64,000 bases of DNA. Source: an uncultured virus (IMG/VR IMGVR_UViG_3300031994_000078). Its lineage: Duplodnaviria; Heunggongvirae; Uroviricota; Caudoviricetes. The DNA lies in IMG/VR virus record IMGVR_UViG_3300031994_000078, positions 1 to 64,000 of that record; one strand, given 5' to 3'. A program made the translations under genes and the position numbers. The notes under the pieces are model-generated. The model did not search any database. It was not told the DNA's origin and worked only from the letters and a program-made list of their open reading frames with translations. Within the stretch, counting starts at the first letter, position 1; every line of letters starts with the position of its first letter. Shown piece after piece: positions 19,046 to 30,133 of this stretch.

Positions 19046-22000
19046 TTATACTAATAAAGTTTTCGTTTTCTCGATTTTTAAATTTACATCTGATAAAAGT
19101 GTACTTAACTTATCTGTTAAATCAAAACACTCATCTGATTTTTTAGAAACAGTCATTAACTTAGCTTCTAAACCATCTTTTAAATTTTGAACATGACTCT
19201 CAACAATGTCATTTGTTATTAAAGTTTTGCCAGTCTTAGAGCTTATTTTATTATTTAATTGATTTTTAATAAGCTCTGTTTTATGGAGTAATAACTGTGC
19301 TGAATTAATTTTGCTATCACTTAAATTTTTAGCCATTGCATTATAAAAAGTCTTACTTAATACATCATAAACTGTGTCTAATTTATTTATAATCTCAGAC
19401 ACTTTCTTTTTATCTTCATCTGTAAAATTAGCTAATTGTTTATTTTGTTCAGACTGTATTAATGCCTTATCTATCATAACTTCAACAGGTAAAATATTTG
19501 TACTTGAATCTTCAATTAAAGAATACTTATCTGACAACTTATCATATTTTAATTTAATACTTGTATATTTTTGCAATATAGGATCATTAGATACAGTTTC
19601 ACTTATAAAAGATTTTATATCAGGAATATCTTGCTTTAATTGTGCATCAGCAATATTATAGATCTTCTGTATACAAGTTTCTATATCTGTAACTTGTGTT
19701 TTTAATTCAGAATCAATAGCTTTTAATTCATTAGCTAAATTTACATCTAAAGTTTTATCGCCTAATTTATCGTTTATACTCTTAGTAATATAATTATAAG
19801 CAGACTTAATCGATCCTTTTTGATATACAACACTACTAATTAATCTTGCGGCAGCAACTGCATTTTTTCTTAAAGAATATTTATTTAAATCTTTTAATTT
19901 ATTAAATATACTTCTAAAAATATTATCTGAAGTATTTAAATATCTATACTCTAAAGGTTTAACTATATTTGCTCTTACTTCAGTCAATAAATCAGAAGAA
20001 TTTTGTGTATCAATAACATTACCTTTTACATCAAATAACACACAATTTGGTAATACATTACTAATTAATTTATCACTAAAATCCCAAGCTTCACAATCAT
20101 CTAACAATTGCTTTAGTATAGATGAGTTTTGTATTTGATTATATAAAGAAATATTTATATAATCTAAAACTTTATAATTTGCCATAGCTTTAATTACATT
20201 ATCTGGAACTGTACGATAAAGTCTTTGATTTTTTAACCTACTAAAAACTGTCTCAGCATTCATAAAATATTTTTGATCTATAGCATCTAGCTGTAAAGAC
20301 TTTAAAGTATTACTAAAAGAACCATTACTAAAATTATCTGCTACATCTAAAGCTAAATTAAATTTTTGATAATCTAAATACTCTATGAAACTTGTCTTTG
20401 CTACGTCTTTATCTCCACCTAAAGATTGTCTGTACTTATAAAACAACTTATTAGCTACATACCCTACTATAGAATTTGCATTTAAATCTAAATTGTTTTT
20501 AGTACCAGCTTCTATAATTGACTGTAATATATCCGAATTAAATACTTCTACTTTTAATTCTTGGAATATATTAAATAAACCTGGATTTTGTATATCCACC
20601 GGATCAATTTTTACTTTAAATAAATCTTTATTTTCTTCTAAAATATTTTTTAATATACTATTATAAGAATAACGCGTATCCTTTTCAGTTAATATATCTT
20701 CAATTATATTTACAATCTCATTAAAATTTAACTTTATAAAATCAATATCAATATCACTTGGATAAATATCTTTATATTTTTCTGCTTGTGCAATCAAATC
20801 TTGTACTGACTGTCTTATTTTTGCAATATCAGATAAATTTAATAAAGAAACTATACTACGTGCTGTAGTATATAATAAAGACATATCCTTATTTAATTCC
20901 TGAGCTAATGCATTTTTATTAGCTATCATTACATTATCTTTCTGTTGTAAATTTTTTAAAAAATCTTCTACATCATTAGCGTTAACTTCTTTTAAAGCAT
21001 ATCTTAATAATCCTACAAATTTATTATATGTACCTAACGACTGTAACATTGTATCTAATTCTTTCTGAGCTTCTTCAAGTTCAGTATCTTCTTTAACTAA
21101 TTTAGTTTTAGATTGCTTATCTCCTAAAACATTCATAACTGCACGCTCTATATAAGATACTAAATCACTTGCTTTATCCTTTGCTTCTTGAATAAACATT
21201 GGAGGTAATTGTTTAAGTGTTTTCTGATCTGTAATATTTTCTAAATTAATTTCATCAATATTATTAAATTTAGCTAATAATTGTGTTAATTTCTCGAAGT
21301 TATCAGTTAATTCGCCTTTCAATAAATTTACTAATCCAACATAATTAATAACAAATAAATTATTAATTTCAGGATTTGATTTCATTTCAGAAACTAAATC
21401 ACTAAATGAAATATCTTCTAATTTATTATTTTTATAATCTTTAATATATGTTCCTAAAGAATCTAAACAAAATCTAATATTCTTTAACATATCTCTAGAG
21501 TGTAATTCAGTAACACTAACATCTGAAACTTGCAATTGTTCATCAATAGGTCTATTTTGTTTTTGTGATACTACAGCATCAACTAAAGCCTGAGCACGCT
21601 GTACTATAGGTTTAGTTTCCTTAACTAAATCAGTTACTTTTTCTAATTCGTTATAAAGATTATCTTTATAATTTATTATATAGTCATAATCTTTATCTTC
21701 TAATTTTACACCTTTCTCTTTTAGATAATCTTTCATATATGAAGACGTATAATATTTATTTAAAGCATCTATAACATATTCATTACGTAATGATTCAGCA
21801 ACAGATGCTAACGTACCTTCGTCTAAAGCTTCTAGTCTTTGATCTACACGAGATCTATCAACTTCTGCTTCTGGAATAAGTAAATATTTCCAAGCATCTG
21901 TATCTACAACATCTAAAGTTTTAGGTATTATTAATTTCTTATCTTCTATTAATTCATTATTACGTGTTCTATACATGTTTGGATTAACTTTTAAATCTGC

Positions 22001-23287
22001 TCTAGAATCATATCCAGAAAACCCAAATTTATTTATTAAACTTTTTAACTTCTTTAAATTATTTAACTTTTCTTTTGAATTTGCAAAAACAACGTAACTA
22101 GATTTTAATGAACTCTCAATCTCTTCTGAATCTAATGATTCACGTTTTTGTTGTACATTAATATCTGTAGCTTCTTCCATCAAACGTTCTACTAAAAATA
22201 TTAAAGAATCTGGATTATAATCTTTTATTATAACTTCTAAATCTTTTATTACATCATCACTTTCTGAAACTTCTTCTATATTTTTAACAAGTAAATCATC
22301 ATATAATGTTTTTAAACTTGTATAAAAATTCCAACAATTAATATCTTTTTGATTTAACTGTGACAACTTCACACCATAATTTTGTTTAATAAAATCATTA
22401 TTATCTAATTTATTTAACAAACTATTTTTATTAATTAAATTAAACCAAGATGTGGTTAACTGACTCATAATTAATTGATTAAAAGGAACTGTTGAACCTC
22501 TACCATTAGAAATACCAAAGGTATCACTTGCAAAATCATGATTAATAATATTTCTTAATACTATATCTTTCTTACTTGAATATAGATATTCTTGTGAACG
22601 TAACTTTTCTAAAATATCTTTAAGTGAATAACTATTATCTATTCCTTTAATATTTATATTAAAATCTGTATTTAAAAATTCACCTAATAATTTATCATAA
22701 CCTACTGTGCTATCTGATAGCTTACCACTTAATGATAAACTATTACATAAAACAACAGCAAAGTCACGTAAATCTTCTGTAGAAACTTCTTTATCTGTTA
22801 TAACATTATCTTTTATAAAACCACGCTGAATTAACCAATCATTAATTTCTCTTTGACCTTGTCTATAACTAAAATTACTTTTATCAATATAAGCTTTATA
22901 ATTATCTAAAATAATAGGTAATAAAATTTCCATTGATGAAAATGTTACATTATTATCTTTAAATATATTTGCAGTTTTAGGAGAGTAATTTTTTAAGAAA
23001 TACCCAATAATATTCTTTTCTGTATCTTTATCTAACGTTTTTGTATCAGATACATCTTGAAGTTCTACTCTTTGTAGTCCTAAGTCATCGTTAACTTTAA
23101 GCAATGAATTACCTAAAGATTTTACTCTATAATACTCTCCTGGATTAATTGAGCGTAACTCTATCCAATCATTATTTTCTAAAATATATAATTTTGAATC
23201 AGCAATATTAATAAATTGTGATCCTTCTTTAAAGTTTGTTACAGGTGGAAATTTATTTGCAATAGTATCAACTACTATATCTGCCAT
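19046..23287 (-). CDS. Very large hypothetical helical protein, probable internal virion/ejection protein (start revised to MADIVV)
   Basis: About 1410 aa; GAGGTG RBS precedes MADIVV; no recognisable catalytic motif. Confidence 0.45.
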   Translation of the reverse strand: MADIVVDTIANKFPPVTNFKEGSQFINIADSKLYILENNDWIELRSINPGEYYRVKSLGNSLLKVNDDLGLQRVELQDVSDTKTLDKDTEKNIIGYFLKNYSPKTANIFKDNNVTFSSMEILLPIILDNYKAYIDKSNFSYRQGQREINDWLIQRGFIKDNVITDKEVSTEDLRDFAVVLCNSLSLSGKLSDSTVGYDKLLGEFLNTDFNINIKGIDNSYSLKDILEKLRSQEYLYSSKKDIVLRNIINHDFASDTFGISNGRGSTVPFNQLIMSQLTTSWFNLINKNSLLNKLDNNDFIKQNYGVKLSQLNQKDINCWNFYTSLKTLYDDLLVKNIEEVSESDDVIKDLEVIIKDYNPDSLIFLVERLMEEATDINVQQKRESLDSEEIESSLKSSYVVFANSKEKLNNLKKLKSLINKFGFSGYDSRADLKVNPNMYRTRNNELIEDKKLIIPKTLDVVDTDAWKYLLIPEAEVDRSRVDQRLEALDEGTLASVAESLRNEYVIDALNKYYTSSYMKDYLKEKGVKLEDKDYDYIINYKDNLYNELEKVTDLVKETKPIVQRAQALVDAVVSQKQNRPIDEQLQVSDVSVTELHSRDMLKNIRFCLDSLGTYIKDYKNNKLEDISFSDLVSEMKSNPEINNLFVINYVGLVNLLKGELTDNFEKLTQLLAKFNNIDEINLENITDQKTLKQLPPMFIQEAKDKASDLVSYIERAVMNVLGDKQSKTKLVKEDTELEEAQKELDTMLQSLGTYNKFVGLLRYALKEVNANDVEDFLKNLQQKDNVMIANKNALAQELNKDMSLLYTTARSIVSLLNLSDIAKIRQSVQDLIAQAEKYKDIYPSDIDIDFIKLNFNEIVNIIEDILTEKDTRYSYNSILKNILEENKDLFKVKIDPVDIQNPGLFNIFQELKVEVFNSDILQSIIEAGTKNNLDLNANSIVGYVANKLFYKYRQSLGGDKDVAKTSFIEYLDYQKFNLALDVADNFSNGSFSNTLKSLQLDAIDQKYFMNAETVFSRLKNQRLYRTVPDNVIKAMANYKVLDYINISLYNQIQNSSILKQLLDDCEAWDFSDKLISNVLPNCVLFDVKGNVIDTQNSSDLLTEVRANIVKPLEYRYLNTSDNIFRSIFNKLKDLNKYSLRKNAVAAARLISSVVYQKGSIKSAYNYITKSINDKLGDKTLDVNLANELKAIDSELKTQVTDIETCIQKIYNIADAQLKQDIPDIKSFISETVSNDPILQKYTSIKLKYDKLSDKYSLIEDSSTNILPVEVMIDKALIQSEQNKQLANFTDEDKKKVSEIINKLDTVYDVLSKTFYNAMAKNLSDSKINSAQLLLHKTELIKNQLNNKISSKTGKTLITNDIVESHVQNLKDGLEAKLMTVSKKSDECFDLTDKLSTLLSDVNLKIEKTKTLLV

Positions 23288-23288
23288 A

Positions 23289-23591
23289 TTACACCTCACC
23301 GTTTAAATTAATTATCGGATTTTTTACTTGATCATCTTTTATAGGATCTTCAACTTCATCAATTACTGGAATTGAGTTTATCATCTTAGTTTGTTTATCG
23401 TTTTCACCTGTCATAATAGTTACAGTTTTATCTGCATCAAGACTTGATGTATCTAATGCATTTATATTTTTTAAAAATGAACTATATGCACTAACTTTAA
23501 CATTTGATTCTTCCAAAAAATTATCAAAATCATTGTTTATAACGTTAAACTCAGTATTTAATTTACTTAACAATTCATCTATATTATCCAT
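23289..23591 (-). CDS. Hypothetical protein
   Basis: 100-aa ORF in the operon. Confidence 0.5.
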   Translation of the reverse strand: MDNIDELLSKLNTEFNVINNDFDNFLEESNVKVSAYSSFLKNINALDTSSLDADKTVTIMTGENDKQTKMINSIPVIDEVEDPIKDDQVKNPIINLNGEV

Positions 23592-23604
23592 TGAAACCCT
23601 CTTT

Positions 23605-24609
23605 TTATTTAAGAATTTCTTCTGCGTCTGCTTCTACTTCACTTTTAAAACTTTCTAAATCTTCTGATTCTGCGTTTCTATTAAATACAGTTTGCATTAC
23701 TTGATTATAAATTGAACTTTCTTTCTTAGCTACACCTGTTTCTTCAACAACTTGTTTTATTTTTGTAGGGTCCCCAGATTCTATTGCTTCACCAACTTCT
23801 TTCTTAACTTCTTCTGGTTTCGTTTGTAATACAGCAGTATCAATATCTACATCTTGACTTGCTTTCAAAACTACTTTATCACCTTTCGGAAATTTAATAT
23901 TTTTTTCTGGAAATAATTTTTCAAACTCACCGTCATCTCTAATTATTTTAATTTTAACATTCTCAACAACTATATCTGGCTTAACTGTTTCTTCTTTTAC
24001 TTTTACAATTGTACTTTTATCACCTGGAGTAATAACACCTTTTGTATTATCGCCTATATTTTGAATCTTATTATCAGATTTAATTGCAACTTCTTTATTA
24101 ATTTCAAGAAGTTTTTCCTTTATACCTTCGGCTCTATATTTAGAACTTGCTGGATTTGTATCTGCAGCAGATCTTACAATAGATTCTTTATCAATGTTTG
24201 CTACTTTACCTAAATCTCCACCTAAATCTAAAGTATCATCCTTCTTAGGTTCCTCCTTAGACTCTTCTTTTTTAGGTTCTTCCTTCTTTTCTTCTTTTGG
24301 TTTAGGGACAGAAGTTTCATCATCTAAACTTTTTTGAACTTCTTTTGCTTTTTTTGTACTTACTGCATCAACAATTTTTACAATCATCTTTAAAAACTCT
24401 TTTGAAATATTTCCATGATCAATACTAGATTTTGTATAATCGATCAAATCTTTAATATAGTTTTCCGGTAAAGCCTCCAATGCTTTTAAAGCTTCCTCTG
24501 CAGCCTTATTTATATCTGCAGCAGTAACTAACTTTTCCATTCCATTCTCCTGTGTAACTGTATAAGATTTTTTCTTAAAGAAATCAAACATATATACACT
24601 CCTATTCAA
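23605..24609 (-). CDS. Hypothetical K/E-rich virion protein
   Basis: 334 aa with KEEPKK repeats. The real start may be MFDFFKK (GGAG upstream). Confidence 0.5.
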   Translation of the reverse strand: MNRSVYMFDFFKKKSYTVTQENGMEKLVTAADINKAAEEALKALEALPENYIKDLIDYTKSSIDHGNISKEFLKMIVKIVDAVSTKKAKEVQKSLDDETSVPKPKEEKKEEPKKEESKEEPKKDDTLDLGGDLGKVANIDKESIVRSAADTNPASSKYRAEGIKEKLLEINKEVAIKSDNKIQNIGDNTKGVITPGDKSTIVKVKEETVKPDIVVENVKIKIIRDDGEFEKLFPEKNIKFPKGDKVVLKASQDVDIDTAVLQTKPEEVKKEVGEAIESGDPTKIKQVVEETGVAKKESSIYNQVMQTVFNRNAESEDLESFKSEVEADAEEILK

Positions 24610-25108
24610 AAAGTTTATTTGGATCTTCTATAACTACTTTTATTGTTTTTTTATTTTGATTATTTGTTTCTTGTGTGTGTCTTTTTGCTTTATCTTCTAC
24701 ATCTGTATCAATACTCATATGTTCCGGTTCACCAAAACTTCCAGGAACATCTTTATTACTTGTAGGAAAATCTTCACCACAAGCCTCCCTATTCAACTGA
24801 CCTAATCTTCTTGTCAATGGTTCAGGTAATTGAGGGATTGTCTTAACAACAATTGAACCTTTATCAACTGTACCATCTGGATTGGCTTTCTCAACTTCTC
24901 TGAGAAGTTTATAAAGCAAATAACGCGGTCCAAAACCTAATTCTACGTCTCCGATAGAAGTTACATACCAATCAATATGTCCTGGATAGTATATAACGTA
25001 ATCGCGATACATTTCATTGAATGATACTGTCAACGACTTTAATGAAAGCTCACCTTTAGGTAATTCTATCTTTTTTGATTGTATTTTGAATGTAGAAATA
25101 CGCAACAT
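24602..25108 (-). CDS. Hypothetical protein
   Basis: 168 aa, AGGAG RBS, preceded by the promoter motif. Confidence 0.55.
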   Translation of the reverse strand: MLRISTFKIQSKKIELPKGELSLKSLTVSFNEMYRDYVIYYPGHIDWYVTSIGDVELGFGPRYLLYKLLREVEKANPDGTVDKGSIVVKTIPQLPEPLTRRLGQLNREACGEDFPTSNKDVPGSFGEPEHMSIDTDVEDKAKRHTQETNNQNKKTIKVVIEDPNKLFE

Positions 25109-25136
25109 ATATAAAAACTCCTATTGTTTTACTCAT

Positions 25137-25157
25137 ATTATGATATAAATGTCAAGG
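25137..25157 (-). promoter_or_regulatory. Compact late-promoter-like motif
   Basis: ccttgaca tttat atcataat. Confidence 0.7.
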
Positions 25158-25159
25158 GT

Positions 25160-26164
25160 TTATTCAGTAATATATTTCCATTTATAACCATAAGCAGATT
25201 TTCTTTTATTTTGACAACATAATGATATTTTACCACAACAATTTTTTGCGTTAATACCTAAAGCATTGCACGCTTCTTTTAAAGAATTGTACTTAGCTTT
25301 AACTTCACCATCTATTGTATATTGTACCACTGCTTTTCTGTAAGGGGATTGCATCTTATTATTTATAAAATCTAAGCGTTCTTGAATACTATTTCCCTTA
25401 TATAACCAAATATATTTATATGCAGATGATTGACTACCTTCGCAACTTGCACTTATGCAGCGCCTAACAGTCATTAAGTTCTTGTTTAATTTTGAGTTAA
25501 AAACTTTTGCAGCTTCTGTTATTGTAGAATATATCTTAACTAACTTACCGTCTAAAGTATACTGTGCTACTTCTCTTGTAATAGAACTTAAATGTAAATC
25601 ATGAACTTTATGTACTCGTTTAAGTCTATCTTCTATATTATTATCATACAACCAAATATAACCACCAGCTGTAGTGTATTCTCCGCGACAACACAAGTCT
25701 ATTGCTTTTACTCCAGTAGCTCTTCTGGCGTCAGACATACTATACCAAGTCTTTATAAAATTTCCTTGAAGATCATATTGAAATACTTTCTTTGCAACTG
25801 GACTTTTAAAACCTTTATTTACTCCAATATTAATATCACTTAATTTTTTACGTGTCTCATATGAAACTTCTCGGCTATTTGCAATTCCGCCATGATCTAT
25901 ATTATAACCAAACTCTCTTTGATCACTTTTATATAACTTTATTAACTCCTTTTCTTTCTGTGAAGCTTCATCATAAGATAAATTACTAAATAAAATTTCA
26001 TGTTTTATGTTATTCCAACCATATTTATTAATCGCATATGTTAAATAAGAGTTAGTTTTATATGCACGCCCTTTACGCCAACGTCTTTCAACGTTTTGTC
26101 TTGTAACACCTATATAAATCTTATTTGATGGAGTTGTAAATTTATATACTTTATAATTATTCAT
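25160..26164 (-). CDS. GIY-YIG homing endonuclease with three NUMOD1-like repeats
   Basis: VYKFT...KIYIGVT...RR...E...GYN catalytic domain; three V.QY.L.G...S..EA...CC.G...A.GY.W.Y repeats. Confidence 0.88.
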   Translation of the reverse strand: MNNYKVYKFTTPSNKIYIGVTRQNVERRWRKGRAYKTNSYLTYAINKYGWNNIKHEILFSNLSYDEASQKEKELIKLYKSDQREFGYNIDHGGIANSREVSYETRKKLSDINIGVNKGFKSPVAKKVFQYDLQGNFIKTWYSMSDARRATGVKAIDLCCRGEYTTAGGYIWLYDNNIEDRLKRVHKVHDLHLSSITREVAQYTLDGKLVKIYSTITEAAKVFNSKLNKNLMTVRRCISASCEGSQSSAYKYIWLYKGNSIQERLDFINNKMQSPYRKAVVQYTIDGEVKAKYNSLKEACNALGINAKNCCGKISLCCQNKRKSAYGYKWKYITE

Positions 26165-26170
26165 TTTTAT

Positions 26171-26199
26171 ATTATATCAAATTTATATTGAAAAGTCAA
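26171..26199 (-). promoter_or_regulatory. sigma70-type promoter, probable leaderless transcript
   Basis: TTGACT-N17-TATAAT, 6 nt before the ATG, no SD. Confidence 0.7.
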
Positions 26200-26206
26200 C
26201 GAAATT

Positions 26207-27406
26207 TTAACGTCCAATGGCATTAAAAAGGTTACTGATAGCTCCTAATATATTTCCTGAAAGTCTTCCTGAAAGTGAAATATTTAAAGGTACTGAGCCT
26301 ACAGCCGCGCCACTTTGTATATAATGTAGTTTCGCTACATCAATTAATTTATCATAGTAAGCAGTAGCTTTATCTATTGCATTCTGTATCTTCGCACCTC
26401 TATCAATTGTAATAGATACACCAGAATCAGTGTAGCTAACATCTGTAAATGCAATACCTAAATAATGAACCATTAAAGTATATATAGCACTTCCTACCAT
26501 AAGAACAGATTCTAATATTTCAGGTAATGTTTCTATTGTAAAATATGTAACCGGAGATTTTATATTTAAAGATTCCAATGCAAATTTAATACCCGCACGA
26601 ATTTCATCATCAGTTGCACAATTTGTTATCCAATTTGATAACCATATCTTTAAATAATTTACAAGTCTTTGTTCTTTCGGAGTCAATGACTTTCTAGGTA
26701 AAAAGAATCTAGACTCATATGTTTTATCTGCATTTACATATTTTATAATATAATAATAGGAATCTTTACATCTAATATCAATTGTCGGATCTGTCCATTT
26801 ATTAACCCAATAACCATTAATCTGTGAATTAATTTCAGATATAACTTGGTTTTTAACATAAGGATTCTTAGAATCATAATTAACACTATTGCTTATAACA
26901 TCTGTAGAAAGCTCAGAACTTACATAAACAATAGGTAATTCAGTCATATTGAGAATTAAATCACCTACATTAAAATTCATTCTATGCCAACCTGGTTTTA
27001 ATTGACCATACTGAACATTATTATAAATAACTTTATCATCTAAACAAAGTCTATAATTTCCGTTCTCATCTACAATTGAAAAAAGTTCTACCTTCTCTGG
27101 TTCTTGTGCTCCCAAAGTAAGTAAAACAGATTTACCACCTGTATATGTCAATCCTTGTAAGTATGCATCTATATCTGCATTCTTATTAAAACTTATATCC
27201 CTACATAACTCATCTTGTACAAAAGGAATCGGATGTAGATTTGTTGAAATCTCTACATCTGTTCTTACTAGATCATAACCAAAAGTCTCATGTCTAGATC
27301 TATATATTCTAACATAAGGATAAAGTATATTACCATTATCATCCAATGCAGATGTAATTGTATCGTCTGGACACCATGATATTTCAACTGGTAACCTGAG
27401 TGTCAT
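26207..27406 (-). CDS. Probable head-tail adaptor/neck protein
   Basis: C-terminal TDDEI...LN..SP.T.FT...SYTDSGVSITIDR domain resembles adaptor proteins; synteny supports this. Confidence 0.5.
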   Translation of the reverse strand: MTLRLPVEISWCPDDTITSALDDNGNILYPYVRIYRSRHETFGYDLVRTDVEISTNLHPIPFVQDELCRDISFNKNADIDAYLQGLTYTGGKSVLLTLGAQEPEKVELFSIVDENGNYRLCLDDKVIYNNVQYGQLKPGWHRMNFNVGDLILNMTELPIVYVSSELSTDVISNSVNYDSKNPYVKNQVISEINSQINGYWVNKWTDPTIDIRCKDSYYYIIKYVNADKTYESRFFLPRKSLTPKEQRLVNYLKIWLSNWITNCATDDEIRAGIKFALESLNIKSPVTYFTIETLPEILESVLMVGSAIYTLMVHYLGIAFTDVSYTDSGVSITIDRGAKIQNAIDKATAYYDKLIDVAKLHYIQSGAAVGSVPLNISLSGRLSGNILGAISNLFNAIGR

Positions 27407-27415
27407 TAAAACCTC

Positions 27416-27889
27416 CTACTTATTAAGTGACTCTAAATAATAAAATATTTTTATAGATAAAGCTTCTACCAATGTATTAAATTCAGAAATATCATATAAC
27501 TTTGTCTGACTAACAAAAGGACATATTAGATATCTTTTTTCTGTGTTTTCTTTTATACTATGATAATTATCTTTATCTACTTCACTAATAGTTACATCAT
27601 ATACTTTATAGTTATTATCTGCATATATTTTTGCAAATTTTTTAAAAGCACCTTCTATCAAATCTGCTTTTATAACATCATAAAATCTATCAGAAACTTT
27701 ATTATTTGATACGTCATTTAAACAGTCATATATTACTTTTTGTATATACTGTACATTCTTATCTTTTAGCTTCTGTAATTTATCTTTAAAACTAATCTCT
27801 CTAACTAAAGTAGGGTAATAAACATTTAGGTCTTCTGTACCTAAAGGTAAGTCTAATTGAGTTTCAGCTTTAATAAACCACCTAGTCAT
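27416..27889 (-). CDS. Hypothetical protein with MTRWFIKA leader
   Basis: ORF with RBS; N-terminal motif shared with other small proteins. Confidence 0.55.
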   Translation of the reverse strand: MTRWFIKAETQLDLPLGTEDLNVYYPTLVREISFKDKLQKLKDKNVQYIQKVIYDCLNDVSNNKVSDRFYDVIKADLIEGAFKKFAKIYADNNYKVYDVTISEVDKDNYHSIKENTEKRYLICPFVSQTKLYDISEFNTLVEALSIKIFYYLESLNK

Positions 27890-27907
27890 TTTTATTTTCC
27901 TATAAAT

Positions 27908-28096
27908 TTATTTTACTTCTTCAGCTATTATTGTATTTATATCTGTATTTGGAAATCTATAACAAAATATACTTTTAGCTTCTTGTTCATTATCTGCTTC
28001 AATAGGATGTATTTTAGGTCTAACATAATGACCATTAGCTAATTGAACTTTTATTATATACTTTTTTAAAGCAGACGCTTTTAACCATCTAGTCAT
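27908..28096 (-). CDS. Small hypothetical protein with MTRWLKA leader
   Basis: GGAG RBS spaced to the second ATG; shared N-terminal motif. Confidence 0.5.
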   Translation of the reverse strand: MTRWLKASALKKYIIKVQLANGHYVRPKIHPIEADNEQEAKSIFCYRFPNTDINTIIAEEVK

Positions 28097-28105
28097 TATC
28101 AACTC

Positions 28106-28537
28106 CTATTTAACAGTTTTAACTGCCAATACATAATCTCCATTGGAATCTTTAACTGCTTTAAGTTTTACCCACCTTCTAGTATACTCATCCCACCCGT
28201 AAATGTGCTGGTTCTTTCCGACAGAATCTTTCTCAAACAAAGGTAATACTTCTGAAGGATATACTTTTATATTTACATCAAACGTTTTAAAATCAAAAAC
28301 AAATATATATGTTTTATTTGCATCTAGCTTATTTATCTGGTGATCAAGCACAACTTGAACTGTCTGCGTTACTTGATCTACTCCAATTGTATAAACTAAA
28401 GGGTTTTTCTTTTCCTTATCTTCTAAATTATAAATCTTCAAATCTTCAAGTTTAATACCTGACACCGCATTATCATTAAATAAAAATGAGATATTATTAC
28501 TTGTCCTTCTAAAAATTCTTAAATTAATTCCTTTCAT
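28106..28537 (-). CDS. Hypothetical protein
   Basis: 143 aa, AAGGAG RBS. Confidence 0.55.
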   Translation of the reverse strand: MKGINLRIFRRTSNNISFLFNDNAVSGIKLEDLKIYNLEDKEKKNPLVYTIGVDQVTQTVQVVLDHQINKLDANKTYIFVFDFKTFDVNIKVYPSEVLPLFEKDSVGKNQHIYGWDEYTRRWVKLKAVKDSNGDYVLAVKTVK

Positions 28538-28555
28538 TTTTCATTTTCTCCTTTA

Positions 28556-29272
28556 TTATTTCAACTCCTCTAATCTTTGATTAATTATATTTAATATAGT
28601 TTTGACTTTTGTATACTTACTTATCTTAAGTAATAGTTCTTTATCTTCAAGTTTAGCTATAAATAACTTTCTATCATTAGCTTTCATCTTTAATATCTTA
28701 GCAACGTCTTCTGGAACTTCCTCTATAACTTCTTCTTTCTTATTTAGTTCCTCTAAATCTTTTGCGGCATCTTTTAATACATCTGTAATCTCATCTGTTT
28801 TTTCTTTTATAATCTCATTAACAGATTTTAATTGTCCTTCACCTGGTTTTTTACCTGGAAGAACTACAAACCCTGCTTCTATAGAAGCTTCATCTTTTAT
28901 ATTACCTTCTTTAACTACAACTTCAGATTGTTTTTCTGCTTCTATTTTTACAGATACGGGTTCTACATTACCTTCGTTTAATATATCTGCAGGAATTTCA
29001 TCTTTAAATGTTCCACCTTTAGTAACTACAACTATATCTTCTTGAGTTTCTTTTTTAATTACTTGTGGTTGTTCAACCTTTGTAATTGAAGCTGGTTTGA
29101 AATAGTCATCCTGCTCAACTACCGTTATATTACCTTTTCTAATTTCTTCAACTACTGCCTTTACTTGTCTTAAGTCATTACACTTCAAAATATCAAATGT
29201 AACAATCATTCCTGGCTCAAATCTAATTCCTGCCAAACTCCAAACTCTGTTCATGTTTGATCTAATTTTCAT
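28556..29272 (-). CDS. Hypothetical E/K-rich protein
   Basis: 238 aa, AAGGAG RBS. Confidence 0.55.
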   Translation of the reverse strand: MKIRSNMNRVWSLAGIRFEPGMIVTFDILKCNDLRQVKAVVEEIRKGNITVVEQDDYFKPASITKVEQPQVIKKETQEDIVVVTKGGTFKDEIPADILNEGNVEPVSVKIEAEKQSEVVVKEGNIKDEASIEAGFVVLPGKKPGEGQLKSVNEIIKEKTDEITDVLKDAAKDLEELNKKEEVIEEVPEDVAKILKMKANDRKLFIAKLEDKELLLKISKYTKVKTILNIINQRLEELK

Positions 29273-29294
29273 TTTTTCATTTTTCTCCTTTATT

Positions 29295-29762
29295 CTATTT
29301 TACTTCTGTATATTTTTTCCCATCTATTGTTGTTAAATTCTGCAAATACTTATCTTTAAGTTTAAATGGTATCTTGACCATCCCTATATGAATCCAGAAC
29401 TTTCCAGATATTTTCTCCTTAATCAGCTGCCGATAACAAATATCAATCTTACCTTTTCTAATATCATCAAATACTTCATCAACTGTCTTACCTTTAACTA
29501 TAAAGTCTACTGCTTCACCTAAACAATGTTGGCTGGTTTTATTTCCGCCAACTCTTTCATTTAATGCCTTTCCTCTAAATCCACTTGTAACTGTTATAGG
29601 TACTTTATAGTAATTACGAATTGGCTGAAGTATATAATTGGCAAGTATATATAAGTTATTCACATAAGGTTTCACTTCCTCATTTTGTTTGGGAAGTAAA
29701 TCCTTATGTGAAGTTGTTAGTAGTTCATCGAGAGTGAAATTGGGTGAGAGTTGTGTTGTCAT
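29295..29762 (-). CDS. Peptidase M15A-family endolysin
   Basis: LSPNFTLDEL...TSGFR...N..VGG..TSQH..GEAVDF...WIHIG. Confidence 0.88.
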   Translation of the reverse strand: MTTQLSPNFTLDELLTTSHKDLLPKQNEEVKPYVNNLYILANYILQPIRNYYKVPITVTSGFRGKALNERVGGNKTSQHCLGEAVDFIVKGKTVDEVFDDIRKGKIDICYRQLIKEKISGKFWIHIGMVKIPFKLKDKYLQNLTTIDGKKYTEVK

Positions 29763-29770
29763 TTAATACT

Positions 29771-30133
29771 CTATATATTCTTAAGGATGTACTTAACATC
29801 TCTATTTATCTCATCTAAAGCTGCTCTTGTTTCTTTTTGATTATCTGAAAGTTGTTGCTTTATTTCTTTTAATTCTGTTTGCATCACGCTTAAGTCTTTA
29901 TTTATAATAAGTTTTTCAGTTTCAAGATCAGCTACCCGATACTTTATTTCCTCTACATCTTTCTCCATTGCATATACTTTTGTTGGTACTGTTTCTGAAA
30001 CTTTAAGATATGTTCCATATATAAATATTAAAACAGTTCCACTTATTACGATTGCCCAAACAATTGTCTTAACATCTTTTAAAAATTTTACGGTTTTCTT
30101 AAGCATGATATACTCCAAAAAGTTAAAGTTCAA
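29771..30133 (-). CDS. Possible holin/spanin-like membrane protein
   Basis: One TM helix (IVWAIVISGTVLIFIYG) plus coiled coil, directly upstream of the endolysin. Confidence 0.45.
   Translation of the reverse strand: MNFNFLEYIMLKKTVKFLKDVKTIVWAIVISGTVLIFIYGTYLKVSETVPTKVYAMEKDVEEIKYRVADLETEKLIINKDLSVMQTELKEIKQQLSDNQKETRAALDEINRDVKYILKNI

Noticed and set aside
28535..29290. Tandem out-of-frame ATGs (GGAG-A3/4-ATG-A4/5-ATG) before two adjacent genes
   Set aside because: The first ATG is too close to the SD for efficient initiation. It is more simply explained by a duplicated A-rich initiation region.
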